Shown here: positions 34,420 through 44,581 of the stretch, piece by piece | How positions within the stretch are numbered: the first letter of the stretch is position 1 | Layout: the number at the start of each line of letters is the position of its first letter | From: a virus | DNA: 64,000 bases | Strand: one strand, 5' to 3' | IMG/VR virus record: IMGVR_UViG_3300042691_020142 | Location: 7,111 to 71,110 of that record | The notes under the pieces: generated by a model | What the model was told of the DNA's origin: nothing | The model's input: only the letters and a program-made list of their open reading frames with translations | Databases searched by the model: none | Made by a program: the position numbers and the translations under genes

Positions 34420-35290
34420 ATATAGGTTTTATTTTATCAGAATATTTTTTAATATCTATTCCTTTATTTAATAAACTTTTGACTTCTTCTTTATATATTA
34501 AAATTAATTTTTTTAAAATAATGTTAATCATAAATTTTCCGTTATTTTGTATTATATTTTGTCTACAAAATGGTGAAAATTGACCATTTAGTTCTTCACT
34601 GTACCATGGTTTGTTATGACCCGTAAATTGATAATTATTTTTGTTATCAAAATCTTTAGTTAAAATCTCAGAAACAACCAAATTAAATTTATTAGGAAGC
34701 CAAGTTATATCATGTAAGAAAAAAGTATTTAATATTGGTTCATTACCAACCCATTTTCTAACTCTTGAGTCTTTTTCTGGTGGAGCTTCTTGATTTGCTA
34801 TTTTGATTAGTTCCTTTTTAATATCTAAAGAAATATATTTTTTACCTATAGTCATTAATCCAGCATCAAACCCCATTCTATCATTAATTTGAGGGACTCT
34901 TCCACTAGGAATAGAACAAGATCCAAAATCTACATCGTATAATAACAATTCGTCCATATCAATTTCAAAAATCATATCAGCATCAACAAAAACTATTCTG
35001 TCATACTCTGTAAGAGTAAAAATATCGAATCGGTAATTTGGATTATATGTCCAAACTCTATAAGTTTCATCAAATTCGTGGGTTTTATATGAGTCTATAT
35101 CCACCATTCTAAACGAAACATTATTATATAAAGATTTTATTATAGTTTTACTATCATCTGATAGAGTTCCCCATTCAAATATTACAAAATCATAATTAAA
35201 GTTTTTAGATGATCTTAAAATGCTATTAAGAGTTATTAAAAACCCGGCTAAATATTTGTCATCTAATGTTGTTGTGAAGCAAATTCTCAT
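34412..35290 (-). CDS. Glycosyltransferase family 8-like (paralogue of 32184..33041)
   Basis: YRFDIF, VFVDADM, FDAGLM, GNEPILN, KPW. Confidence 0.85.
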   Translation of the reverse strand: MRICFTTTLDDKYLAGFLITLNSILRSSKNFNYDFVIFEWGTLSDDSKTIIKSLYNNVSFRMVDIDSYKTHEFDETYRVWTYNPNYRFDIFTLTEYDRIVFVDADMIFEIDMDELLLYDVDFGSCSIPSGRVPQINDRMGFDAGLMTIGKKYISLDIKKELIKIANQEAPPEKDSRVRKWVGNEPILNTFFLHDITWLPNKFNLVVSEILTKDFDNKNNYQFTGHNKPWYSEELNGQFSPFCRQNIIQNNGKFMINIILKKLILIYKEEVKSLLNKGIDIKKYSDKIKPIYE

Positions 35291-35934
35291 ATTTTATTTA
35301 ATTTCTGTCCTGAACCGGAATTATTAAAATCGTATATAGATAAGTCTGGATAATCAACTGGAATATCATCCATATTATCATTAAGACCAGTTAAAAGCCA
35401 CATTCCTCTAGCTGCATCTTCATTAGTCATGTAAAAATTCCACCCAATCATATCAAAACAATCTAAACTATGCTGTATTTGATTTCTACCATTAAATCTC
35501 GCCTTTTTAAACCATTTATAGGCATCTTCATCATCAGTTAATATCATCCCCCCTCTTCCTATTTTTAAATGCTTTTTAACGTGAAATGATAAACAATGAT
35601 AACCCCCTTGATACATATTTCTTCTGAATCTTAATGCTCCATCAAATATCGGTAGTGGTTTTAACTGATATACCCCACTCCATTCTATTTCTTCAAATTT
35701 AACTTTATAATTTGCGTTCCTGATAGAACAAGGAATTGATATATAAGTTCTATTAGGAATAGTAATAATTTGATCTGTTTTATTTAAAAATTTTAAACAT
35801 AAAAATATTGCATTAGTACAAGAATCGACCGCTACCGAAAACTTAGATCCTGCTAGTAATGCTATAGATTTTTCAAAATCGTCTACTACATAATATGGAT
35901 TTTTTATTTTATCTTCCATTTTCCTTGTGTACAT
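35287..35934 (-). CDS. DegT/DnrJ/EryC1/StrS PLP sugar aminotransferase (compact); start may be 35919
   Basis: VAVDSCTNAI, LSFHVKKHLKIGRGGMILTDD, GWNFYM. Confidence 0.85.
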   Translation of the reverse strand: MYTRKMEDKIKNPYYVVDDFEKSIALLAGSKFSVAVDSCTNAIFLCLKFLNKTDQIITIPNRTYISIPCSIRNANYKVKFEEIEWSGVYQLKPLPIFDGALRFRRNMYQGGYHCLSFHVKKHLKIGRGGMILTDDEDAYKWFKKARFNGRNQIQHSLDCFDMIGWNFYMTNEDAARGMWLLTGLNDNMDDIPVDYPDLSIYDFNNSGSGQKLNKI

Positions 35935-36428
35935 TCTCCGTTTTTTGCTGTAATAGCTAACACTATTTCAACTGGTTCATATCCATTTTTTATCAAACCA
36001 TCATAAGATAATTTATTTTTTGGATTTATTGATGCGTAATGAACTTCTACATCTTTATGTTTTTTAAGTAGCTGAAGATGTGTTTGTGGTGTTATAAGAT
36101 CTTTATCAAACTCTATGTTTTTATTTTTTAGTTCTTTAAATGCTGTTTTTAATAAACTTGGTAGTAAAAAAGTACCATTGAAATTATTTTTATCTATATA
36201 AATCATTCCTATAGAAACATCTAAAAGTTTTATTCTATAAATTTTTTTATATTTATCAGATTGTATATTTTTACAATGCTCTTCAAATGAAGGAGTATTA
36301 TCAGAAGTTTTATATTTTATGTTTATAAAATCTTTATACTTCCATCTATATTTTACTATATCATATAGAAATTTTTGATCTTCAAAATCAAAAGGATTTA
36401 TTTCAAATAAAGAAATTAGATTTTCCAT
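35904..36428 (-). CDS. GNAT-like acyltransferase
   Basis: PSFEEHC, IGMIYI, ASINPKNKLS...KNGY. Confidence 0.55.
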   Translation of the reverse strand: MENLISLFEINPFDFEDQKFLYDIVKYRWKYKDFINIKYKTSDNTPSFEEHCKNIQSDKYKKIYRIKLLDVSIGMIYIDKNNFNGTFLLPSLLKTAFKELKNKNIEFDKDLITPQTHLQLLKKHKDVEVHYASINPKNKLSYDGLIKNGYEPVEIVLAITAKNGECTQGKWKIK

Positions 36429-36458
36429 GTTAAAATGGTATACGAATATAAATAAAAA

Positions 36459-37787
36459 TCAATCTAAAAGTACTTTATTTATTAAACCATTTATCTTTTT
36501 TTGAATTTCTAAATTTTCGTATTTTTTACTTTTTAGATATTTTGCGATATTAATCCTCTCACTTTTTCTTAAAGTGTTTAAGCATACTAAAGGCAATTTA
36601 GTATCATCATGTTTTTGATTTGGTAGATTGTGAATAGTTTCGATATATCCACCTAAAGGAAGATAAACATTGTTAAAATAAAAATCTAACTTATTAGATA
36701 TACAAAAATCAACTATATCGTGTATTTCATATATATTTTGTATTATTGGACATACTGCTATTCCCGTAAGAACATTTTTAGTCAAAAAATACTGAATATT
36801 TTTCATAACCAGTTCAAAATTGGAATTTTTTCTTATAAATTCATATGTCTGTTTATTAACAGAATCTAAAGATATTGATATTTTAAAATTTTTTAATTTT
36901 TCTATATAATTTTTAATTTTAGTATTTAAAATAGATCCATTTGTAGTCATGACGATTTCTACATCAGGATTTAATTCTATAAAAAGATCCAATATTTTAT
37001 ACGTAAATGAATTTAAAAATGGTTCTCCACCCGACATTCTAACATCTTTTAAATGCGGAATAAATTCTTTCAGTTCTTCTATGAAGTTATCATCGTATGG
37101 TATTTTTATTGGTGGTTTCCCCTCTCTATTTTTTCTAATAGAAGAAGACCAAGAACCACCACACATTAAACACTCATAATTACAAGCATTAGATATAGCG
37201 AAAGACATAGATATAGGCCAAACGGTGTTTTTGTATTTTTCGTGATGATCATATGATTTTAATACCGCCGATTCTTCGTTGTCTATTAATATTTGTTTTA
37301 TACATTTAAAACAAGAAAATGAAAAATCAAAATTTTCTAATCTTTCTCTGAAATGTTTTAATGCATAACCAAACCATATATCTTTTATTGTGTTTTCTGG
37401 ATATCTACCGACAGGACTTACCGTAGTGTAACAACATACTCCAACTTCTCCAGTGTGATTAAAATGAAGTGATGTATACGGAGCAAAACATGGTATTTTT
37501 CTAGATAATCTACTTATTAATAGTTCTTTTTCTTCTTCGTTTAATTTATTTATTGTATTATATTTTAATGTGCATCCTTTAGATTTATTATATTCATTTA
37601 GTAATATTTCTACTATTTGACTGGTTGGTAATGTTTTGAATAAAGATTCTGCATCTGAAAATATAGGATTATATTTTTCAATATATATTTTATTTGAAAA
37701 TTCTATAAACTCTTCTTCATTTATATTTTGTATATCTAAATTTTTAAGTTCTTTTTTTAAATTATCTTTTTGTTCTTCTGTAAGCAT
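36459..37787 (-). CDS. Radical SAM protein with N-terminal SPASM/twitch-like Cys region
   Basis: CFAPY...VCC...CFKC; CNYECLMC (CxxxCxxC); SGGEPF; TTNG; ISLDS..YEFIR. Confidence 0.9.
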   Translation of the reverse strand: MLTEEQKDNLKKELKNLDIQNINEEEFIEFSNKIYIEKYNPIFSDAESLFKTLPTSQIVEILLNEYNKSKGCTLKYNTINKLNEEEKELLISRLSRKIPCFAPYTSLHFNHTGEVGVCCYTTVSPVGRYPENTIKDIWFGYALKHFRERLENFDFSFSCFKCIKQILIDNEESAVLKSYDHHEKYKNTVWPISMSFAISNACNYECLMCGGSWSSSIRKNREGKPPIKIPYDDNFIEELKEFIPHLKDVRMSGGEPFLNSFTYKILDLFIELNPDVEIVMTTNGSILNTKIKNYIEKLKNFKISISLDSVNKQTYEFIRKNSNFELVMKNIQYFLTKNVLTGIAVCPIIQNIYEIHDIVDFCISNKLDFYFNNVYLPLGGYIETIHNLPNQKHDDTKLPLVCLNTLRKSERINIAKYLKSKKYENLEIQKKINGLINKVLLD

Positions 37788-37788
37788 A

Positions 37789-38685
37789 TTATAATAACCA
37801 GTGATTATTTTGTTTCATCCATTCTATTTTTTTAAGTTTGCTTTCTATTGGATTCATGTCAAAAGGTTCACAAAAATTGTAATGAACTAAATAACAACTA
37901 TCTTTTATCTGTTTATTTATATAAGGTATCTTCCAAATACTACCATTTACAAAATCAAAACAATTTAACTTTTTAATTTTAAAATCATATTCTTTTATTC
38001 TTTTATTGGTAAGAGACTGAAAATTTGTTTCTTCAGTACCTAATGAAAAATTATTCATAAAATTTTGATTTAAAAAAACATTAAAACAATCATAATATTT
38101 TTTATAATTTTTATCGTTTATGTTTATAAAAGAAAATCCAGCATTTTCTTCCCCAAATTTTTGTTGTGCTGTTGGTCCACAGTAATCTATTTGTTTTTTA
38201 TTTACGCTCAATAAAGATTGAACTCCTAGCTTTCTATTGGGTAAAAACGGATCAAATCGTTTATCAGACATTAAAATTAAATCATATTGTTCTTTATGTT
38301 TTTCAATAATTGGATATGGATTCTTATTAAAGAAAATATCAACGTCTGAATGTATTATCGGTTTTTTAAAAGTTTCTACTATGTAAAATGGCGCAATAAG
38401 TTTTATTTTTTTCTCATTTTCAATCCATTGAGACTTTGTATTATTTTCTGTTAAATTTATTCCTATGTTTATAGAATTTATACCGAAACTTTTAACTTTA
38501 GAACTTGTTTCGTCGTCTATCGTTACTATAAGTACCAATTCATCTTGGTTACATCTTTTTAATGATAAAAACCAATTATATGCCATATCTACATACTCTT
38601 TTGTTATTGTAGTTACGTAGATATAATCTTTATCTTTTAAAAACTCCAATAAAAAATTATGATACTGTTTTATATTGTAAAACAT
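37789..38685 (-). CDS. Nucleotide-diphospho-sugar transferase (GT77-like)
   Basis: YVDMAYNW, HSDVDI (DXD), NAGF, F.NG, VHYNF...K...MK...W. Confidence 0.75.
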   Translation of the reverse strand: MFYNIKQYHNFLLEFLKDKDYIYVTTITKEYVDMAYNWFLSLKRCNQDELVLIVTIDDETSSKVKSFGINSINIGINLTENNTKSQWIENEKKIKLIAPFYIVETFKKPIIHSDVDIFFNKNPYPIIEKHKEQYDLILMSDKRFDPFLPNRKLGVQSLLSVNKKQIDYCGPTAQQKFGEENAGFSFININDKNYKKYYDCFNVFLNQNFMNNFSLGTEETNFQSLTNKRIKEYDFKIKKLNCFDFVNGSIWKIPYINKQIKDSCYLVHYNFCEPFDMNPIESKLKKIEWMKQNNHWLL

Positions 38686-38724
38686 TATTATTACATTCTA
38701 AGTGTAATAAAAAATAAATTATAG

Positions 38725-39738
38725 TCAACTATAAAGTTTAAACCATTCCATTATATCATTTAATATTTCAGTCTTTTTATTAAAAATAAAATCTTTCTTT
38801 ATTATATCCGGAACTGGATATAATAATTCAGGCCAAAACGTAAACAAATCCATGTTGATGTCTAAGTTTTTTATATCATCAAAAACTGTTTTTTCTAATT
38901 CACGAATCATATTATCAATGATTTCTACTTCCTTTAATAAATCATCATCTTTTGTTTCTTCGGCGTATATTTTTTCTTTTTTTAATGTATTTTTTGCGTC
39001 GATTAATCTTTCATTGATAATCGATGTTATTTTTTGTTTAAACTCTTCCCCTAATTTATTTAAATATGATTCTTTAAGATTTATAAAATCGTTTTGATAT
39101 TGATTTCTAATGTGTTTATCAACATCTGAATTAGTGAATAATAAATTCCAATCTAAGTTTAATTCATTAAAGAATTCAACTCTATCAATAGGAACATTAT
39201 AAAGAACAATTTTGTATTTATAACTTCCTATAAAAATTTCAGTCCAGAATAACTTTTTAATTGAATAAATTTCAGATGGACAGAATGATATTATATCAGA
39301 TATATTCTTAAATTTTTCTAATTGTAGAATATATCTATTTAAAATAGTTTCATCTACATATCTTTTAACATATTTTTTACATTTGTTTATTACTTTATCT
39401 AAAATATGTTTATCATTTACGTCTTTTGTAAATTCTTTATAATCTAAATCAAAAAACCTTAATAGTTTTATATAAGACGTTAGGCATTCAGTTTCAATTT
39501 CTTCATTTACAATAAACAAAGAGCGGTCTTTATTTTTTTTATATTTTTTTCTTAAAAAATATAAAATATTATCGTTTATTTCTTGATATGATATAATTTT
39601 TATTTGTTCTGGTTTAAAAATAGTTCCTGTTATATCATCTATTAATAATCCATTTATTTGTTTTTTAACAAAAGAAAAATAATTAACACTGTCCTTTTCG
39701 TAATATATTTTATAAATTTTATTTTCTTCTAAATTCAT
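38725..39738 (-). CDS. Helical protein ending FWPE..P.P; tail-assembly-chaperone-like; paralogue of 31333..32187
   Basis: Likely start ATG 39738, 1 nt after upstream stop (ORF track starts 39765); C-terminus LFTFWPELLYPVP. Confidence 0.5.
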   Translation of the reverse strand: MNLEENKIYKIYYEKDSVNYFSFVKKQINGLLIDDITGTIFKPEQIKIISYQEINDNILYFLRKKYKKNKDRSLFIVNEEIETECLTSYIKLLRFFDLDYKEFTKDVNDKHILDKVINKCKKYVKRYVDETILNRYILQLEKFKNISDIISFCPSEIYSIKKLFWTEIFIGSYKYKIVLYNVPIDRVEFFNELNLDWNLLFTNSDVDKHIRNQYQNDFINLKESYLNKLGEEFKQKITSIINERLIDAKNTLKKEKIYAEETKDDDLLKEVEIIDNMIRELEKTVFDDIKNLDINMDLFTFWPELLYPVPDIIKKDFIFNKKTEILNDIMEWFKLYS

Positions 39739-39739
39739 A

Positions 39740-40522
39740 TTATACATATGTTGGTGTTGTAACAACTAACGTTTCACTCCAACAACTATAGTTGTTTATA
39801 GCTGTTATGTAATATGTTGTATTACCAGATAAATTAGATAAAGTTTGAGAACCAGAACTATTATAAACGGTAGCAAATAATCCACCTAATGTCCCATTTG
39901 TAGAAACATAAAAATTTATAGAAGAAGAATCAACTCCTTGCCATGGATTACTATTATATGTAAATGTAATGGTAGCATAGCAACAAGGATATCCCCAACC
40001 CACAGAAACACCACAACATGGTCTTGGGGGTCTTGTTGATGATGAAAAGGCCAAGGATGGTTTAGGCGGAGTATATAGAGTTAATGATTTTGATAAATTT
40101 ACATTATAATTATTTGCATCTTCATTATATGATTGATCATAAAATTTTATTAAAAGGTTTTCTGTTACTGAACTTCCACCACTTCTACCACCCGGATTAT
40201 AAACATTTCTAAGAGTTTTTGTTGATCCAGATTCAGATACTAATTGTAATCTACTTCCATTTAAAGTTTCTATGAAATTAAAATCATTTAATTTTATTCT
40301 AGAAAATAAATACTCTTCTCCTGTAAAAACGACATTAGCATTAAAAACCGAATTATAAGGAATTGCATTACTATCTGTTGTTATAGAAACAATATTTCCA
40401 ACCTTGAAGTTTGATAATTCTATTGGAGTTGTTGGAGTGCCTCCTAAACCACTACATTCTTTTAATGAAAAACTAGAGGAGTTTGTAGCATTCTTTAATT
40501 CTGATAGCGGTAAAGTAGCCAT
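39740..40522 (-). CDS. Fibre-tip-like protein with C-terminal FN3-like domain and CC-x10-CC loop
   Basis: LPLSEL N-terminus; PCCGVSVGWGYPCCY; LSNLSGNTTYYITAIN. Confidence 0.6.
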   Translation of the reverse strand: MATLPLSELKNATNSSSFSLKECSGLGGTPTTPIELSNFKVGNIVSITTDSNAIPYNSVFNANVVFTGEEYLFSRIKLNDFNFIETLNGSRLQLVSESGSTKTLRNVYNPGGRSGGSSVTENLLIKFYDQSYNEDANNYNVNLSKSLTLYTPPKPSLAFSSSTRPPRPCCGVSVGWGYPCCYATITFTYNSNPWQGVDSSSINFYVSTNGTLGGLFATVYNSSGSQTLSNLSGNTTYYITAINNYSCWSETLVVTTPTYV

Positions 40523-40527
40523 ACGTC

Positions 40528-42354
40528 TTAGTTATTTATTTTGCTTTTTAAATATTCTACTTCTTTTGTTAATTCCTTTACGGCTTCTATTAAAACACCA
40601 ACCATGTTTCCATAAGCAACAGATTTATAACCATCTTTATTTTCAGAAACTACATCCGGTAAAACCTTTTCAACTTCTTGAGCTATAACACCTATTCCTT
40701 TAGTGTTAATATCTGTTCTGTCAAATTCTACACCTCTTAACGCATTAACTTTTTCTAACGCATTTTCTATAGTTTTAACGTTTGTTTTTAATCTTTCATC
40801 CGAAAAGCCAGCTACGTCTCCTATCGCAGTGAAGTTTCCTGTAGCATCAAAATAACCTAAATTCGAACCATTTAAAGTTCTAAAATAAATTCCATTACCT
40901 TGTAAATAAGTTACATTAGCATTTGATAAAAATAAAATATCTTTAATTGAACCTGTGGAATCATTTATTTTTATTCCATAGTTATTAGAAAGAGATATAT
41001 TTCCATTTTGGATTAATGTATTACCAACACTAGAAACTCCACCACCAACAGTTAAATTGCTGTTTATTTTAGCGTCTCCAGCAACATGTAATCTATAAGA
41101 TGGATATGTTCCTATTCCAACTCTTCCGTTTGGATCTAATATAAATCTTTCAACTCCTCCTCCGGTGTTAGTATCAACTATTCTAAAATATGGAGTTGAT
41201 GTATTTCCATAAACATCAGCATAATAAGAAACGGAATTATCTATTGCCTTATTAAAGTTTATTTGTCCTCCTTCGGCTACCGTATTTTGTCTATTTAATG
41301 TTAAAGTATTGGTATTAACATCTCCGGTTACATCCAATTTAGATCTTGGCGCAGTATTACCCATTCCAACATTTCCATCATCATCAATAAATATTCTAAT
41401 TTGATTTGTGGATTTATCAAAAATAGCAAAACTATTATTTCCAGTAGCAAACATTGAATATGTAGTTTGATTTGAAGAGTTCGTAAAATCAATATTAGCT
41501 CCGTCTTGAATTCTTATTGTTGATAGAGAACCTTGAGTCATGTTAATGTTTTCATTAACCTTTAAACTATTTGCTTCAATATCACCTACTATTAATTTTC
41601 CAGTAGGAGATATTCTTAACCCATAAAGCATATCGATTAAGCCTGTAGTTCCATCTATTCTCATTCTTTCGATATCGTTTGTTCTAAAAACAATATCTCC
41701 ATCTTGTAAAGTTTGTACTATTATTTCTCCGGTGTTTACGCTATTAATATTTAAAGATCCTGTTCCTCTATGAACTATATTACTTTTATAAGAAGTATTA
41801 TTTGGGTTTAATCTTAAGTTTAAATCTGTATTATTATATGGATTCAATAAAACTTCTCTCGCAGTAACCGTGAAAGATCCCGCACTATAATCCCAAGATG
41901 GTCCACCTAAAGTTAGTTTTACTGGAGTTATCGATCTGTCTGCTATTTTAGTTGTGGTTACTGAACTTTCTCCAATGTATAAATCTGCTATACCAGCTGT
42001 TACGATATTATTTAAAACGAAGTTATAAACCGAACTCCAAGCATTTCCACATAATTCAACATAATCAGTAGCTGTAGTTTCTCTTGAACTATTTGAATTA
42101 ACCCATGTTGTAGAATTTATTGTTTGTGCGGAGTTACTATTAACCCAACTAGTTGAATCCATTGTTGTTGCACTATTACCATAAACCCAAGTAGAAAAAT
42201 CTTGTTTTTTCATGTAATCCGTTACGGTTAACATGCTTGCTTTTTTTGTACTTCCTTCTTGTAAAATTGGGAAAAGTTCATCGCCTAATAGTGTAGCAGA
42301 TGATGTTAATTCTGTTATTCTTTTAGATCTTATTGTAGTTGGTGTTGTAGCCAT
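40528..42354 (-). CDS. Tail fibre with C-terminal intramolecular chaperone (peptidase S74)
   Basis: RITEL N-terminus; GNVGMG/GRVGIG repeats; FSDERLKTNV...GVIAQEV...V.YG...LIEAVKEL. Confidence 0.9.
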   Translation of the reverse strand: MATTPTTIRSKRITELTSSATLLGDELFPILQEGSTKKASMLTVTDYMKKQDFSTWVYGNSATTMDSTSWVNSNSAQTINSTTWVNSNSSRETTATDYVELCGNAWSSVYNFVLNNIVTAGIADLYIGESSVTTTKIADRSITPVKLTLGGPSWDYSAGSFTVTAREVLLNPYNNTDLNLRLNPNNTSYKSNIVHRGTGSLNINSVNTGEIIVQTLQDGDIVFRTNDIERMRIDGTTGLIDMLYGLRISPTGKLIVGDIEANSLKVNENINMTQGSLSTIRIQDGANIDFTNSSNQTTYSMFATGNNSFAIFDKSTNQIRIFIDDDGNVGMGNTAPRSKLDVTGDVNTNTLTLNRQNTVAEGGQINFNKAIDNSVSYYADVYGNTSTPYFRIVDTNTGGGVERFILDPNGRVGIGTYPSYRLHVAGDAKINSNLTVGGGVSSVGNTLIQNGNISLSNNYGIKINDSTGSIKDILFLSNANVTYLQGNGIYFRTLNGSNLGYFDATGNFTAIGDVAGFSDERLKTNVKTIENALEKVNALRGVEFDRTDINTKGIGVIAQEVEKVLPDVVSENKDGYKSVAYGNMVGVLIEAVKELTKEVEYLKSKINN

Positions 42355-42379
42355 TTCTTTATATATTATTTAGTGTTGA

Positions 42380-44581
42380 TTATAATAGCTTTCTAGCTGA
42401 AATAAATGATCCTGCTTTAGCTTGAGACAATCCTGCTGCTGAATTTAAAGCAATTTGAACTGAAAAATTTCCCGCAGTGCTAGTAGTTATTAAAGTGTCT
42501 CTAGAATAAGTGTGATTTGCTGCTGCTGTACTTGTCATAGAGCTTACATTTGCTGGTAATGTTGCACCTAAGAAATTAAGTCTATTTGTTGTTGTAGCCG
42601 CGCTGGAACTAAACGTATCGGTTATATTAACTCTCGATGTAGTTCCAGTATACGCAAATTGTAATTTAGAACCCCCAGTAGTACTAGTAGATACACATGT
42701 TACAGAGCTAATTATATATGTTGAATTAGCTTCTAATGATATATTTTGAACTGTGGCAAACGTTGTGGTTGCATTTGATCCCGAATCTGCATTTAAAAAT
42801 GAATCTATAAAAGAACCATATCGAGCGTCAGCAAGAGATCTAGTTAAAACTGATGATGCGGAAGATGCGGTTTGATTTGGTGCTAGAATTTGTCCAGTAA
42901 ATGTTCCGTCTATTGCATTTAAAGTTTTAAAATAAACATAATCCCATTGAAGAGTTGGGCTTCCTAATTGTCTAGAAGTATTATCCGGTATTAAATTAGT
43001 TGCAATTTTAGAGTTTATATAAACAGTATCTGTTTGTGAATCCCCTAGTGTGCAAGAACCATAAACATTTAAATCTCCGGAGTATGTGGCGGTTTCACCG
43101 ATTGTATTTTTAACATAGATATTAAACCAAGATGTTAATGGAGATCCTAATTGTCTATTTGCATCATAAGGTATAATATCTGATGAAACTCTAGCTGTTA
43201 TAGAGACTAAATCGGAAGAATCCGATCCTATATTAGTATTTCCATCAATTTTTAAATTATTTGATATATAATTATTTGAACATCTCAAGTCTCCTAAATA
43301 TAAAGTATTCCAAGGTAAAGAAGATGATCCTAAATTTTTATTGGTATCATTTGGTATAATGTTTGTATTAACGTTTGAGTTAATATATAATAAATCACTA
43401 CTATTATTTCCAATATTAGTATTTCCATTTACTGTTAAATTTCCAGTTACGTTTAAGTTGTTAGTAAATACTCCATTATAACCACTCAATGAATTAAAAT
43501 ATAGTGTATTCCAAGGTAAAGAAGTTGTTCCTAAATTTCTGTTTACTGTATTTGGAACTAAATCGGATGATATTTTAGATAAAATTCTAACTTCATTATT
43601 AGTTGTATTTCCTAACTGGGTGTTTCCACTAACAAATAAATTATTTGAAAATGTTCCATCCGTTCCGCTTAATGTTTTAAAATATAATGTATTCCAAGGT
43701 AAAGAAGTTGTTCCTAAATTTCTGTTTACTGTATTTGGAATAAAATCCGAAGCTATTCTAGATGTAAAAATTGAAGTATCTGCGGTTGAAGAATCTCCAA
43801 AAACAGAATTACCAGAAAGATAAAAGTTTTTAGAAAAAACTACATCTCCATCAGATCTTAAAACTTTTTGTTCGCTTAATGTTACAAATTCGTCTCTGCC
43901 TAATGATGTCTTTCCGGCATTTGAATTTGTTCCTATTTTTGTTATATAAATATCATTATGATTTATATATGTATTTCCTCTAACATCAAATAAAGTTGCC
44001 CCAACGTCAAAAAGGGTGCTTCCTATAACTTTAAAATTATTAGAATTGAAATTTGGTGTTTGTCCTAAATTTACTCCAACTCTTCCGTCTTTATCTACAG
44101 CAAAGTATGAATAATTGTTATTATAGTTTACAAAATTAACTGGATAATTTACTGAATCTGTTTTTAAATTAACTCTTAAATAATCTGTACCGATAGTAGT
44201 TGCACTTAAACTGTATGTAGTTATATTATCTATAACTTTTAATTTATCATTTACTATTAAATCAAATGGTTGATATGATGTTGGATTAACATTAATACCG
44301 ACAGATCTTGTTGCTAAATTTGCATTTATTACATTATCAAATATAACAAAATTTCCGGTTAGTAGTAAATTTCCCATGAATGCTCCAGCATAAGCACTTG
44401 CGCTAGGTACTGATGCGCTTAAACCTCCTCTTAAGCAAAAATCTCCTTTAAATGGATGCTCTGGAGATGCTATTGGGTCGTGTCCCGCATCTGGATTTGT
44501 TGGGGTTCCGTCTTGTCCGACTGAACTTCCGTAAGTGTGGTGGTTTGATCTGTGGTATTTTGAATGGAATCTATTGCTCAT
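42380..44581 (-). CDS. Long tail fibre with five ~61-aa repeats
   Basis: IP....R/KxLG....W...Y repeated five times; His-rich N-terminus; ADARYG. Confidence 0.85.
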   Translation of the reverse strand: MSNRFHSKYHRSNHHTYGSSVGQDGTPTNPDAGHDPIASPEHPFKGDFCLRGGLSASVPSASAYAGAFMGNLLLTGNFVIFDNVINANLATRSVGINVNPTSYQPFDLIVNDKLKVIDNITTYSLSATTIGTDYLRVNLKTDSVNYPVNFVNYNNNYSYFAVDKDGRVGVNLGQTPNFNSNNFKVIGSTLFDVGATLFDVRGNTYINHNDIYITKIGTNSNAGKTSLGRDEFVTLSEQKVLRSDGDVVFSKNFYLSGNSVFGDSSTADTSIFTSRIASDFIPNTVNRNLGTTSLPWNTLYFKTLSGTDGTFSNNLFVSGNTQLGNTTNNEVRILSKISSDLVPNTVNRNLGTTSLPWNTLYFNSLSGYNGVFTNNLNVTGNLTVNGNTNIGNNSSDLLYINSNVNTNIIPNDTNKNLGSSSLPWNTLYLGDLRCSNNYISNNLKIDGNTNIGSDSSDLVSITARVSSDIIPYDANRQLGSPLTSWFNIYVKNTIGETATYSGDLNVYGSCTLGDSQTDTVYINSKIATNLIPDNTSRQLGSPTLQWDYVYFKTLNAIDGTFTGQILAPNQTASSASSVLTRSLADARYGSFIDSFLNADSGSNATTTFATVQNISLEANSTYIISSVTCVSTSTTGGSKLQFAYTGTTSRVNITDTFSSSAATTTNRLNFLGATLPANVSSMTSTAAANHTYSRDTLITTSTAGNFSVQIALNSAAGLSQAKAGSFISARKLL
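43505..43740. repeat. 53-bp identical direct repeat pair (43505-43557, 43688-43740) within fibre repeats
   Basis: tgtattccaaggtaaagaagttgttcctaaatttctgtttactgtatttggaa twice, 183 nt apart. Confidence 0.9.
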
